Assembly (NCBI RefSeq): GCF_006345805.1 | Contig: NC_043004.1 | Span: 25,172,001 to 25,236,000 of the forward strand | Length of the DNA stretch: 64,000 bases | Reading direction: 5' to 3' | Source: Octopus sinensis | Lineage: Eukaryota | Shown: positions 12,708 to 25,022 of the stretch, in pieces | How the letters are laid out: each line of letters begins with the position of its first letter | How positions within the stretch are numbered: the first letter of the stretch is position 1 | Made by a program: the position numbers and the translations under genes | Notes under the pieces: model-generated | The model's database searches: none | What the model was told of the DNA's origin: nothing | Seen by the model: the letters and a program-made list of their open reading frames with translations, nothing else

Positions 12708-15700
12708 CATCATCATCATCACCACCACCACCACCACCACCACCATCATCAATAACATTAAATCAACATCCATTCAGTTTGTAAAGCTGTATAGCAAAAT
12801 GAATATTTCAAAGATTTATTTAGTTTGGTGAAAGCGAACGCGGAAGCAAATGTAAGAAAGGATTCTTTAAATATCTTGAAAAATTTTTCAATCATTATTA
12901 ACATTACACAGAGTAATATTTGTCTGTCTTTATGTGTATCTTACAACAGGATTTACCCCATCACCTTCGCCACCAGCCGAGTTACAAACAAAGATATAGA
13001 AGTATGTGGTTACCATATTCCAGCAGGTGTAAGTATTCATTTCTTCTTTCCTGGGTTATTCTCACAAGATTTTTAACCAACTAATGAAAGTTATAGCTAG
13101 TTGATATGTTGCTGACTCATTTCGTTTAGTGTTATTGAAAAAGGCACCGAAGTCTCAGCGACTCAGTCCGCCTTACTGTAAGTAGATATCACGTGGAGGT
13201 AGAGCATACATCTATGAGCATGGGGCATGATAAATGAGCATGGGGCATGATAAATAATAGATTATGCTTTGATAGTTTTGGAAAGGGACGGGCTTTACTA
13301 TATCAGGTATCTGGCTCTCCTCAAATACTTCACGAAAAGACAGAGTTAGTATAAAACCTTTAACGATCTGATTCCAAAACATTCTTTCTAGAAACAAATG
13401 ATATAATGGTTTGATTCCACCTCGAGATAATTATATGATACAGTTTCGATACTCAATTGAAGATATCTTAATAAAAGTAATAAAAAAACAATATGAACGT
13501 TCGAGACAACGAGGGAACCCCTCATGATTGTTCGACCTACCAGGAATAGAAGCAGAATCTTTCTCATATTTTACTATACCGTCTTTTAAAAAAGAGTGGA
13601 AGGACGCATTATATAATGTATACTGAGATAAACTTTGATAAGATTGGACGGTCTGGACAGGGTAAAATAAATTCTTATTCATCATGAACCAGTTTTTATT
13701 CTTCGTTAAAGCTAATTTACGTGACAAATGTTGTTAAGGTTTCGATTACGTGGAGATTAACAATTCCATTTGCCTGTAAATTTTAGACCATTATGAGTGA
13801 TTAAAATAAATATGGCAAAAATCTGTAAAACAGCGGGCCAAATACTTTACAGGATCTAGTGAGCATCTCTGTATTGTGAATTCAAATCCCCGTCGCGATC
13901 GACTTTGTCATCATCGTTCAGCGATCGATATTATAAAGTATGAGTCAAGTACTGAGAGTCGATATAATCGATTATCCCCAATACTAAAATCTGTGAACTT
14001 GTTCCTATGTTACAGATCTATAATATCGATTAATTAATTAGGGTTGTAAGCTAGTAGAATCGTTACTGCGCCGAGAAAAATGCTTAACGGTATTTTGTTC
14101 GTCTTCGCGTTTTTCGTCTACCGAGGTCGACTTTGCCTTTCATCCTTTCAGGGTTGATAAAATAAGTTCCTTTGAGCACTAAGGTCGATATAATCGACTT
14201 ACCCTTTCCAGGAAATTGCTGGCCTTGTGCCAAAACTTGAAACCAACATTAATTAATCAATTAAGGTGGCGAGCTGGTATAATTTTTAGCACGCAGGCTA
14301 AAATGCTTAGTGGCATTTCGTCCGTCTTTACGTTTTGAGTTCAAATTCTACCGAGTTCGACTTTGCTTTTCATCCTTCCTGGGTCAATGAAATATGCACC
14401 AGTTAAATATTGAAGTCAATGTAATGGACATACCCCCTCCTCCGAAGCTGCAGGCCTTGTGCTAAAATCTGAAACTAATGTTAAGTAATTCATTTATTTA
14501 TCAACAGACCCATGTCCAGTGTAATGTGTATGGTCTAGGACGCAACAGTGACGTTTTCCCACAACCACTGGAATTTCGCCCTAAAAGATGGATCGGTAAT
14601 CGTTCTGACAACAATGGCAAAGCCCTTTACAATCTAACATGGGGTCATGGACCCCGAATGTGCATTGGTAAGTAATTCTAGGATTTGTTAACAAGATTTT
14701 CGATTTTCCTTCAAAGTTGTGATATTAAGATTTCCGTATTAATCTTTTTTCTAAGTACAAACTTCTCTCTCTCTCTCTCTCTCTGTTTATCTATAATATA
14801 TGTCTTTCTACATACACACACGCACACACACATACACATATGTGTATATTTGCATGTATATGTATGTGCGTGTGTGTGTGTGACTGTGCGTCTGTGCGTG
14901 CATGCATGTATATGAAAGTAAGTATAAATGCATGCATGTATGAATTAAATAGTTCAAACGATAAAGACAATGAAGCAAATTAAGATTAAGAAGAAACCCG
15001 GCCCCACCACCGCCATCACTCTCCCCGTTACCCTCTCCACTATCATCCCCCACGACTACATAAATAAATCGCAATTGGTATTTACCAGAACATTAAATAG
15101 CGTTTAACTTGGTTGAAAGCATTTTAATTTCAAACATCTGAATATCATAAATAACTATTTAAACTTGAATGCCTGAAAATCTGTATTAATATATCTGTAT
15201 GCAGGGGAGGGCGACGAGCTGGTAGAATCATTAGTATGCCGCGGAAAATGCTTTTCTGAGTTCAAATTTCGCCGAGGTCGACTTTGCCTTTCATCCTTTC
15301 GGGGTCGATAAAATAAGTACCAGTTGAGCACTGGGGATCGACGTAATCGATTTAACCCCACTCCAACCCCGAAATGGTTGACCTTGTGCCAAAATTTGAA
15401 ACCAATATGAATGCAAAGTGACTGTAAAATTTCGATACATATGCAAGAATGCATATTTTCAATAGTCGCAGGTGTGGCTGTGTGGTAAGAAGCTTGCCTC
15501 CTAATCACATGGCTCTGGGTTCAGTCCCACTGCGTTGCACCTTGGGCAAGTGTCTTCTACTACATCAGGCTGACGAAAGACTTGTGAGTGCATTTGGTAG
15601 ACGGAAACCGAAAGAAGGATCGTCGTATATATGGGAGTTACCGCACAAGTAAAAGTATCTAAAATTGCAGAAAAAGAATCTGAAAATGCAGGAGTCTTTT

Positions 15701-16022
15701 AAAAGTATTTATTAACTTAACCGGTTTCACTTATTTAAAAAGATTTTCAAAAGTAAGGTATGAGGCTTTGTGTATCCGCTGTGATGAGTCAAAAAATATT
15801 TTACGTAAAAAAACATTCAGATCAGGTAATAAATTGTTTTACAGTGATAAGAAGATAAAAATTAGTTTACATAAATATATCCAAATCAAGAATACTCTTT
15901 GACAAGATGATAAAACGTGTCTGGTTTGTCAATCAGTGGGTGATAAAGTTTTAGTCTCACTGTGATCAGATTCCTTTCCTTACATTTTTACTCGTGCGGT
16001 AACCCCGCCTCCAAATTTACTT

Positions 16023-16066
<44 letters not shown>

Positions 16067-17210
16067 ACATATGCTGGCTTTGTGCCAAAATACGCTGGGG
16101 CACCGCCTAGAAGAATTTTTAGTCAAATGAATCGACACCAGGACTTATTTCTTTTGTTAAACCTGGTACTTATTCTGTCAATCTCTTTTACCGAGTCACT
16201 AAGTTACGGGGATGTAAGCACACCAACACTGGTCATCAAGCAGTAGTGGGGGGACAAATACAGACACAAAGACACACACGCACATTTATATACGCCGAAT
16301 CTATAGTAAAAGACACTTTCCCAAGGTACCACGCAGTGGGGCCGAACCCAGAACTATGTGATTGGGAAACACCCCTGCACCTTCTTGTATAGGTTTGCAA
16401 TAGAACTCTCTGAGAGAACACGTTGCAATGTCCGGAAATATAAAACCATGTAACACTTTAGAGAAAGAAACCTAGCTGATTCTAGCAATAAATACATCTA
16501 AGGCAAAAATTTTTCATGGAACTTTAAGATACTACTCTGGATCCCGGTTTTACTATTTTGCTTGCATGGACCCCCAAAAACCTTACACGAACCCCGGTTG
16601 AGAACCACTGATCCAAACTTAATGGTCACTCTGAATATTATTTGATAAAATATATCGGCTTTCCAAAATACCTTATATAGTTTCATATTTGTGCCTGTGA
16701 TTTTTAACTATGAAATATAATTCTTAAAAGTATGTTTATTTAATTTTGCAGGTCGAAGAATAGCTGAGCAAGAAATCTTTATTCTCTTGACGAAGGTAAA
16801 TATTTTGAGTAATCAATTTAATTCTATCAGATTATATACTCGTTATATACTCGAAATACTTATAAAAAATAATATATAATGAATTACCTATCAATTTCCC
16901 AGTGCAGGGTATTTACTACCGTGAACCAAAACTTCTGTAACTCATGTGCATTATCTACAATATATTGCAGAAATATATGAGTTTAGGAAAATTAATTGAA
17001 ATATTATCGCTAAATTCCTCCTCCTCCTCCTTAGGATAGCAAGCTGGCAGAACCGTTAGTACGCGGGAAAAATGCTTAGAAGCATTCCGTCCGTCTTTAC
17101 GTTCTAAGTTCAAATACCGCCGAAGTTGACTTTGCCTTTCATCGTTTCAGGGTCGATAAAATAAGAACCACTCAAGTACTGGGGTCGATGTAATCAACTA
17201 TCCCCCTTTA

Positions 17211-17249
<39 letters not shown>

Positions 17250-18710
17250 GAGAGAGCAGTGCATGCCATCAAAGCGACACTGAGGTAAAATATACGAAGC
17301 CTACTATACCCATCATGACTACCCGTCTGATAAGGGTACACTAGGCACATGCATCACAACCATATGTGCGCGACATGGTGATCGCATATCAAGATAAACA
17401 GCACATGACCTTGCAGGTGGAGCCCAGTTAGAATTTTCTTGAGGTCGAGTAGCCCAGCCCGCTCAAAATGTCCCTGAATAAGGTTTGTTTAAGGATGTTG
17501 AAACAAACACTCATGTTTCCAAAGGTGAATTATCCAAACCCCAAAGGATTCCTCTCAACACATGGCTATGGTGCTTCCCCCACTATTTCTGCTCGTGATC
17601 AGAGATGCACATATCGTCAGCCACTAAGGTCAAACAACTGACAAGCAAATCTGTGGTATTGAGAAGAATATTTGCTGTAGCCCAGCTTCTATACCAAGAC
17701 AAAACAATGTATATGATAATACTTCCAATCAGTTAAGATGAAGGCAGCAAGCTGGTAGAATCGTTAGCAAGCCGGGCGAAATGCTTAGCAGCATTTCGTC
17801 CGTCTTTACGATCTAAGTTCAAATTCTACTGAGGTCGAATTTGCCTTTCATCCTTTCGTGCCGATGAAATAAATACTAGTTAAGTACTGGGGTCGATAAA
17901 ATCGGCTTAACATCTTCCTCAAAATTGCTGCCCTTGTGGCAAAATTTGAATCCATGTAATTATTATTATTATTATTATTATATTATTATTATTATTATTA
18001 AGAGAGAGCAGTGCATGCCATCAAAGCGACACTGAGGTAAAATATACGAAGCCTACTATACCCATCATGACTACCCGTCTGATAGGGTACACTAGGCACA
18101 TGCATCACAACCATATGTGCGCGACATGGTGATCGCATATCAAGATAAACAGCACATGACCTTGCAGGTGGAGCCCAGTTAGAATTTTCTTGAGGTCGAG
18201 TAGCCCAGCCCGCTCAAAATGTCCCTGAATAAGGTTTGTTTAAGGATGTTGAAACAAACACTCATGTTTCCAAAGGTGAATTATCCAAACCCCAAAGGAT
18301 TCCTCTCAACACATGGCTATGGTGCTTCCCCCACTATTTCTGCTCGTGATCAGAGATGCACATATCGTCAGCCACTAAGGTCAAACAACTGACAAGCAAA
18401 TCTGTGGTATTGAGAAGAATATTTGCTGTAGCCCAGCTTCTATACCAAGACAAAACAATGTATATGATAATACTTCCAATCAGTTAAGATGAAGGCAGCA
18501 AGCTGGTAGAATCGTTAGCAAGCCGGGCGAAATGCTTAGCAGCATTTCGTCCGTCTTTACGATCTAAGTTCAAATTCTACTGAGGTCGAATTTGCCTTTC
18601 ATCCTTTCGTGCCGATGAAATAAATACTAGTTAAGTACTGGGGTCGATAAAATCGGCTTAACATCTTCCTCAAAATTGCTGCCCTTGTGGCAAAATTTGA
18701 ATCCATTGTA

Positions 18711-18764
<54 letters not shown>

Positions 18765-19046
18765 TTTTATTTTTTTAATTTTTATTATTATCATTATTAT
18801 TATTTCCCTCCTCATTCGTTCTTGAATACCCAAGCTAGTTTCCAAGAAATGAAGAAAACCCCCAAAATATATTAAAATGGCATGTTATATATTTCATTTT
18901 TTTCTTTCTTTTTTTTTGACTAGATTATTCAGAATTTCCGATTGGAATACCACCACGAAGATGTTCAGCCAGTTCTTAACACAGTTATGACACCAGACAG
19001 ACCACTTCTATTAAAATTCGTTCCACGAGATCCAGAAAACCAGTAA
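2454..19046 (+). CDS. Mitochondrial-clan cytochrome P450 (CYP44/CYP49/CYP10-like), 10 coding exons, 502 aa
   Basis: Exons 2454-2624, 3230-3426, 4878-5071, 6961-7181, 7790-7942, 9098-9264, 12950-13028, 14508-14667, 16752-16795, 18924-19046 all have AG/GT boundaries, matching phases (0,2,1,0,0,2,0,1,0) and sum to 1509 nt. Motifs: RPFEEIPGPKGLPILG (mito-clan proline region), I-helix GAVETTS, K-helix KACLKEALR, FRPKRW, heme WGHGPRMCIGRRIAE. Family assignment within the clan needs phylogeny. Confidence 0.95.
3230..3426 (+). CDS. P450 exon 2 (AYNKRALEYGPIFREQ...LGLINS)
   Basis: TTTCTTCAG acceptor, TC/GTAAGA donor; YGPIFRE and EGRFPNR segments typical of mito-clan CYPs. Confidence 0.92.
4878..5071 (+). 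CDS. P450 exon 3 (QGEEWHKYRSVL...FKWSME)
   Basis: GTTGTAG acceptor, T/GTAAGT donor; C-helix WxxxR motif (WHKYR). Confidence 0.93.
6240..6450 (-). mobile_element. Decayed Tx1-clade LINE ORF2 C-terminus, related to the intact element at 40.7-46.8 kb
   Basis: Reads FLCLVSVVKNVL*WTHLKGLKTGIFLS then, after a frameshift, NFFKYH*KRLVRVEREILLSS; the intact ORF2 has FIILVAMAKECIWWTRLKGLETNTFLS...NFFKYHLKRKVRVERQVLSS. Confidence 0.8.
6961..7181 (+). CDS. P450 exon 4 (SVGTVLFEERIGCL...KTFVER)
   Basis: TTATTATAG acceptor, AGA/GTAAGT donor; LFEERIGCL is typical of mito-clan CYPs. Confidence 0.93.
7790..7942 (+). CDS. P450 exon 5 (KLNKLQKE...DLLSGAVET)
   Basis: TTTGCTAG acceptor, ACC/GTAAGT donor; FLSYLL and the start of the I helix. 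Confidence 0.92.
8305..8581. mobile_element. Fold-back element (~126-bp near-perfect inverted arms, 25-nt spacer) inside (TA)n, probably Penelope-derived
   Basis: AAAATAGTAAAAAGTG... (8305-8431) is the reverse complement of ...CACTTTTTACTATTTT (8457-8581); TA tracts on both sides. Confidence 0.9.
8426..8462 (-). ncRNA. Minimal type I hammerhead ribozyme motif, U3-A8 core
   Basis: Minus strand: AGAAAT [TTGAAAA] GTTAAAAC GAA ACCGGT A ATTTCT = stem I 6 bp, core, short stem II closed by G-C, GAA, palindromic stem III, GUA cleavage triplet. Confidence 0.65.
9098..9264 (+). CDS. P450 exon 6 (TSNSIVWVLY...KACLKEALR)
   Basis: CTTGCAG acceptor, CG/GTAAAT donor; LAKNPQVQE and the ExxR motif. Confidence 0.93.
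11718..12007 (-). mobile_element. tRNA-headed SINE-like element with (AAT)n linker and Penelope-type hammerhead tail
   Basis: Head GGGCATA TGGCATAGTAG (A box) ... GAGTTCGATTCC (B box), then (AAT)n, then a tail with CTGATGA...GAAACGTT. Confidence 0.8.
11789..11834 (-). ncRNA. Minimal type I hammerhead ribozyme motif, canonical core
   Basis: GACAC [CTGATGA] A GGCTG gagggtatat CAGCC GAA ACGT T GTGTT: stem I 5 bp, stem II 5 bp, palindromic ACGT stem III. Confidence 0.8.
12008..12307 (+). mobile_element. Second, inverted copy of the same SINE-like element, 5'-truncated (no A box)
   Basis: Starts GAGCGCGGG directly against the head of the minus copy; B box, (AAC/AAT)n and the same tail; diverged from the first copy. 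Confidence 0.8.
12189..12236 (+). ncRNA. Minimal type I hammerhead ribozyme motif, canonical core
   Basis: AGTTCAC [CTGATGA] A GGCTG gagagttcat CAGCC GAA ACGT T GTGCT; stem I bulged. Confidence 0.72.
12950..13028 (+). CDS. P450 exon 7 (IYPITFATSRV...GYHIPAG)
   Basis: TTACAACAG acceptor, GGT/GTAAGT donor. Confidence 0.92.
14263..14475 (+). mobile_element. tRNA-derived SINE with a Meta/MESC-like central domain (representative copy)
   Basis: GGCGAGCTGG head, GAGTTCAAATTC B box, GACTTTGCTTTTCATCCTT...GGGGTC core. Related copies near 14047, 15208, 17035, 17740, 18492, 26235, 29320, 31108, 39409 (+) and 30725, 59445 (-). The domain name is from memory of Sauria/MetaSINE consensus, not from a search. 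Confidence 0.8.
14508..14667 (+). CDS. P450 exon 8 (THVQCN...WGHGPRMCIG)
   Basis: TCAACAG acceptor, G/GTAAGT donor; meander and heme-ligand Cys. Confidence 0.94.
15208..15403 (+). mobile_element. Meta-type tRNA SINE copy
   Basis: Same head, B box and GCCGAGGTCGACTTTGCCTTTCATCCTTTCGGGGTCGATAAAATAAGTACCAG core. Confidence 0.85.
15715..15754 (-). ncRNA. Degenerate hammerhead motif, U3-A8 core
   Basis: ACTT [TTGAAAA] TCTTTTTAAATAAGT GAA ACCGGT T AAGT; stem I 4 bp, stem II only partly paired. Confidence 0.45.
16752..16795 (+). CDS. P450 exon 9 (RRIAEQEIFILLTK)
   Basis: TTTTGCAG acceptor, AAG/GTAAAT donor; L helix. Confidence 0.92.
17248..18709. repeat. 752-bp tandem duplication (AAT-tailed element on - plus a Meta-type SINE on +) bounded by three (ATT)n tracts
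   Basis: Units start at 17248 and 18000; by eye they differ only by two 1-nt indels. Confidence 0.95.
18924..19046 (+). CDS. P450 exon 10 (IIQNFRLEY...RDPENQ*)
   Basis: Polypyrimidine tract plus TAG acceptor; TPDRPL C-terminal motif; TAA at 19044-19046. Confidence 0.92.
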   Translation: MIQNFRLEYHHEDVQPVLNTVMTPDRPLLLKFVPRDPENQ

Positions 19047-20349
19047 TTTAAATGAATGAATCAAAGTCAAGAAGCGCAAAACCTGTGATATTTTAATTGG
19101 CCAAAATATTTATTTTTGTTTTTAGTGGGTAAGACGGACAGAGGGGTGGGTCATTATATCGTATCTATATTCTTCTATAAAAATTAAAAAGAAAAGAAAA
19201 AGTAATTTAACAAAAAAAACAACAAAAATACAAAACAAAAGAAACAAAATACAAGAAACAAAAACCTTATTTCAACCCAGGTGATTATTTTCTTTAAATA
19301 CTCAAGTTATGAACACACAAATATACATACATACATGTGTGTGTGTGTGAGTGTGCATGATGTACGTATGCATGTATATATATATATATATCTATATTTA
19401 TAGATTTATATACAAGCATATGTGCATCATGCGCACTCACACATATGCATAATGATATCTTATGGTATATGATATCTTACGGTATCCAATATATGTGCGT
19501 TAAGTCTGGCCATTGCGCAACATAGTGAACGTAGTCAAATGAATGTTCGTAAGGATATTTGAATTTGCTAAATGAACGAACTTGTGTTTTGTGCATAGTG
19601 TCCGTATGTGTGCGAGCATATTGAGTATACTAGAATACAGTATGTAGATCATCGAATTTGAGAGCTATGTGAATGAGCGATAGGAAGAAAAATCCCTATG
19701 AAAAGTCACGAAAACAAGGAAAAAAAAACTAAAAATTAACATATAATAATTATTTATATAAATAATAAATTATATATATATATTATTTTGTTTAAAAAAA
19801 AACGAAAGAACAAAAAAATTTCAAATTAAAGATTATTTATAAATAAAATTTCGAGGAAGAGAGAAAGAAATGCTATTTTCTCTCAATATCTAGAATGTTA
19901 TAAAAATTTTTAAAGACAAAACACATGTAACTTATTCGGAACATTTAAGCAGTAGTTAATAATAATAACACTACTACACAAGGACTAAATTACTTAAATG
20001 AAAACCAAATTCTTCGATTCGAGTTTTACATTCAGAGATTCCGAGAAATGACAAAAACTTCTAATCGGAAACTCTGAAACAAAATTTTTAAAAAAATAAG
20101 TATTACATATATAAAAATCTATTTATAAATGCGAAAATATATAAATCTATTTATAAATGTGAATATATAAAAGTTAACAGAATAGTCAACCATCGATTAT
20201 ATATATATATGTTCGATGGTTAACTATTCTGTTAACTTCCTTGTCTGTATACTGCGTATGTGATCTGTAAAGATACACATATACATACACACACTTATGT
20301 ATGCATGTATATATATACACATTTATGTATATGTATATAGATTTATGTG

Positions 20350-20412
<63 letters not shown>

Positions 20413-20499
20413 GTATGCATGCATGTATGTATGTATATAACCACTTCGGTTTGTCCCTTTGTTTCGTTGTATAGGTATCAGTCTCTTTTAAGACATCTA

Positions 20500-20556
<57 letters not shown>

Positions 20557-21604
20557 AAGCACTCTTATTCAGGCATAGCCATATACGTGCTTGCTTGTGA
20601 ATATGCGCTTTAAGATCATTAACAACTTTCTGCAAGAAGGTCATCTCTGTCTTCAAACCTGTCAACTGTACATCTGTCCCTACCTCTTTCGCCATACTCC
20701 TCGGATATCAAAATAGCTTACCCCGCCCTAGCAAATGAAGATGGTCTTTACAATGATCTCGGTTAATAACCAGAATAGACCACTAATTGATATTAATCAT
20801 TCTACATGATTCCATAAGTAGATAATAAACTAGTGTGTGGAGAACAATTTGTTTTTTTTTTCCTCCAGCTTTTTAGAAGTTCTGCAGACAGCACTTCCAA
20901 AACTATAAAATATATGCCAAACTGGCAACACACTCAAGTTGCACTGCCAGGTCAATCATTTTTGGAAATTATCCATGATACTTGACCTGAAAGTTCTCCC
21001 GAAAAGTATTTCAACATATTCCAATCAACACACCGAATATATTTAAGGACATTGTTCAACATGTCCTGCAGCGGTCTTCTATAATATGCCAGCGTGAACG
21101 TACGCTGCATAACCGCCATCTTGTTGCTGATTGAGGGTTAGGAGGATCCAACCAAGCTACAAATGATAAGTAAGAATCATATATCTGCACTTGGCCAAGG
21201 ACTTGACAACTTCTCTTGCACAGGCAAAGAGATGAAGAGATGGGGGCTTTACAAGAGGAGAAAGAGCAAAATTTCAGATCTGCTCAGTAATTCTCTTGGT
21301 TGATAAATTGGAAAACACACACAAGGTGCTAATAACTGATATACATTATAACAAACATTAAAATCTGAAATAATAATAATAACAACAACAACATCATCAA
21401 CTAAAATGTTAGTGGCTTCAAATTGGTAGAAGGCCAGGAATTTTTAGCGAGAGGGAGTTTAGCCGATTATATTGACCCCCAATACTTCATTGGTACTTTA
21501 TCCTATCGATTCCAAATGGACAAAGTTGGAATTTGAGTTCAGCACGTAAAAAAACGGAAAGCATTTTATCCAACGCGCTAGTGATTTTCCAGATCACAAA
21601 CTAA

Positions 21605-21639
<35 letters not shown>

Positions 21640-21834
21640 CCTTAAATCCTTAAAAATGTTTTAGCCCGAACGAGATTGAGAGAAGGTGTTTATATATTTT
21701 TGTAATTATGTAAATTATATTGTTAATTATATATTTTAATTTAAAAGCAAAGACAATCTATTTTTCTGTTGAACATCATCCGTGCCAGAATGTAAGCATG
21801 TGTGTACTGTACGATTGCGATGTGTGTGCGCGTA

Positions 21835-21912
<78 letters not shown>

Positions 21913-23157
21913 AATCTCTAAGTGTTATTTATATTTGCCTACCATCTTCCATCCAAGAATTTCGAATTAGAATTCTAATTCTGAAGACATGAAAACAAAT
22001 TTCTCCAGAATTTCAATGTCGGCTGAACTATTTCTTCCGTCAAAAACATAACTTAGGAAGAATAGACCAGCAGAGAAATTCCAATTCCAGAATCTTCGAT
22101 TACATGACGTTTTGCTAATGCACTTTTGTCCAGCAGCTGTACTCGTCCATCTAAAATGTGTACTTGAAATATCTGTTTAAACAACAATAACCGAGCATGT
22201 TTAAATAGTGACATAAAATTAAGCATATATCTGGAGCCGTCCTACACAGACACTCACACACATACACGCACACACACACATACACGCACGCACACACACA
22301 ACTCATACAAAAATATGATACTAGAATGCATTCATATATGCGATTAAGCGTATATATATCTCAAACACAAAATTAAACCAGCAACCAAAACTCATTAAAA
22401 TATGATAAAATTGATATCTTCCATGTTTTTGTCGTTCTAATTGACTGAATTTAGATGATCAAATGACCAAACGATCATCAACGGATCGTGACAAGTCAAC
22501 AGACGCGCTCCAACAAAGAAATTATATAGCAATATTGACATGGAGATTGTTTGATGAATTATAGTTTTCATTTAACAGAGAAACGATTGAAATACAAGTT
22601 ATGCGGACATCAATGACTGAATTATTTATGCCGGGCCGGCTTAAGTGACTCGAAATAATCCTCAAGCGAACAGTTCTGTCGACTGTTATCAATAAATTGA
22701 TATCCACTAATATAACTTATTCTCGTCCGCATTGAGTTTCATGAAGTCTCATATATACATATACAGTCATGCATGCACACATACATACATGCATGCATAC
22801 ATACATATATACATACATACATACATACATACATACATACATACATACATACATACACGTCTAGCCATGCAACTATATGCATGAGAATACATACACAAAA
22901 CAAAACATAGAAATCTGCACATATACACACAGGCAAGCAAAAATACGCTGTTGATATTGAAATCCCCCAAAAGAAGTCTTGGCTCTGGTTTAAAAGCCGG
23001 CTTCTCTATTGATAGGTAATCTTGAAATAAAACTGAATAACTACATACACACATATATACACATAAGTAATATATATATAAAGAACTTTAAAAACACAAC
23101 GGAAAATTTTACAAAAGCATAGAAAACAGCAAATCATGCATATATATATATATATAT

Positions 23158-23340
23158 ATGATCGGTAGCCACTACAAACATGTTTTCTCTCCTTGTTTCT
23201 TTCTGTGTTCGTTTCTGTGGAAGAGCGTAGGCTCGAAACGTAAAAGACTTTTTTCAATTCCCAAGCGTTATACTGATATATCTGTTTGTTTTCTACAGCA
23301 CCTGTCTTCGTGTTTCGTTTTTTTTTTTCGTGAATTCTCC

Positions 23341-23345
<5 letters not shown>
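23158..23345 (+). mobile_element. Short Penelope-type terminal fragment between TA tracts, with a hammerhead-like motif at 23212-23245
   Basis: TTT [CTGTGGA] A GAGC gtag GCTC GAA ACGT A AAA. Confidence 0.55.
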
Positions 23346-23410
<65 letters not shown>

Positions 23411-23928
23411 TATATATGTAGACATAATTAAGTTTAGTACACCTATTTCATACTGAGAAAGAAATGCAAAGTTGCACATTGTTTTCAGAAGAGGCAATCT
23501 CACAAAATATAATTTGTATAGGCACTTATCTTCTACATGTGTATCTGTATGTCTTTGTATGCGTGTATTTGTGTGTTTGTATACATATATATGTGTGTTT
23601 ATGATGTTCGCATGCGTGCTTTGTATATATTTTAAGGCATATTTGGATCATTATAACAGCTATTCGTGCATCAGCAAAATATATGCACATATATTAATAA
23701 GTCTATGTTAAAGTTTTAATGTGCTCATGAGAAAAAGAAAAGAAAAAGAAAAATGCACAACGATATCGACACACACCTAAACACACACATACAATTATTT
23801 AAATATACACATGCATTTATACACACACACACGCTCGCACAAACACACATACACTCACACGCATAGTGAATATATATGTGAGTGGGTGGGCGTGTAAAGG
23901 TGCTTGTATTTGCATACACACATGCATA

Positions 23929-24001
<73 letters not shown>

Positions 24002-24051
24002 TATATATAATATTATATATATATATTATATATATATATAATATATATATA

Positions 24052-24142
<91 letters not shown>

Positions 24143-24257
24143 TATTATATAATAATAAATATTAGGGAATAAATCCAAATTTACAGGGAAATATCAGATT
24201 TAGGATTGAATCCAATTTTATAGTAAAATATTATATTTTGTCTCTAATTTAATATAA

Positions 24258-24290
<33 letters not shown>

Positions 24291-24625
24291 CATACATACA
24301 AGAGTTACGGAATGGAGTATGGAAAATCTGAATCCTCTTTGCATCAACATGTATCTCCTTGCGACAATGTAACCTTTAATCTAATCAAAATATTCTTGTC
24401 CTGAATTAGCTGGCGGCATACACCTCACTTCGATTTTACCACTTCTAAGGTTCTAATCGCTATGAAACATGTGTAGCCCGTATATCCTATATACCATTCC
24501 ATACCTCTTGCATTCTGTTTTGCACACTCGACAACCTTGGTTGCCAAACGTGGAATATATCATTCTTCGATAAAGAGAAGAAATCCGCAACCTTCCGTCT
24601 CATTAGACCGTTGTTATATGTATAT

Positions 24626-24667
<42 letters not shown>

Positions 24668-24945
24668 ATAATATATATATATGCATGATGCATGTGTATA
24701 TGTTGGCATGATTTTATGTATGTAATTTTTAAGATGTAAAAAAGAAAAAATATGAAAAAAAATGGAAAAATAAATATAACAATTGGTTGATTTCTTAAAA
24801 ACTAAAGAATAAAATCATGAAATAAAAACGCATAACTTGATATAATATACTTGTTGTCATTATTCAATATATATTTTGTTTGTTATTGTTTGTGTCTATT
24901 TACTTTGCACACACGTGCGTATATATTCATAGATGTATACACACG

Positions 24946-25022
<77 letters not shown>

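Noticed and set aside
17555-17635. CTGACGA...GAAA in the AAT-tailed element (minus strand)
   Set aside because: No consistent stem III or stem I with a valid UH site could be drawn, and the 58.8-kb copy has GAAG.
19047-19900. P450 polyadenylation site
   Set aside because: Several AATAAA-like hexamers occur in very AT-rich DNA (for example 19764); none can be chosen without transcript data.
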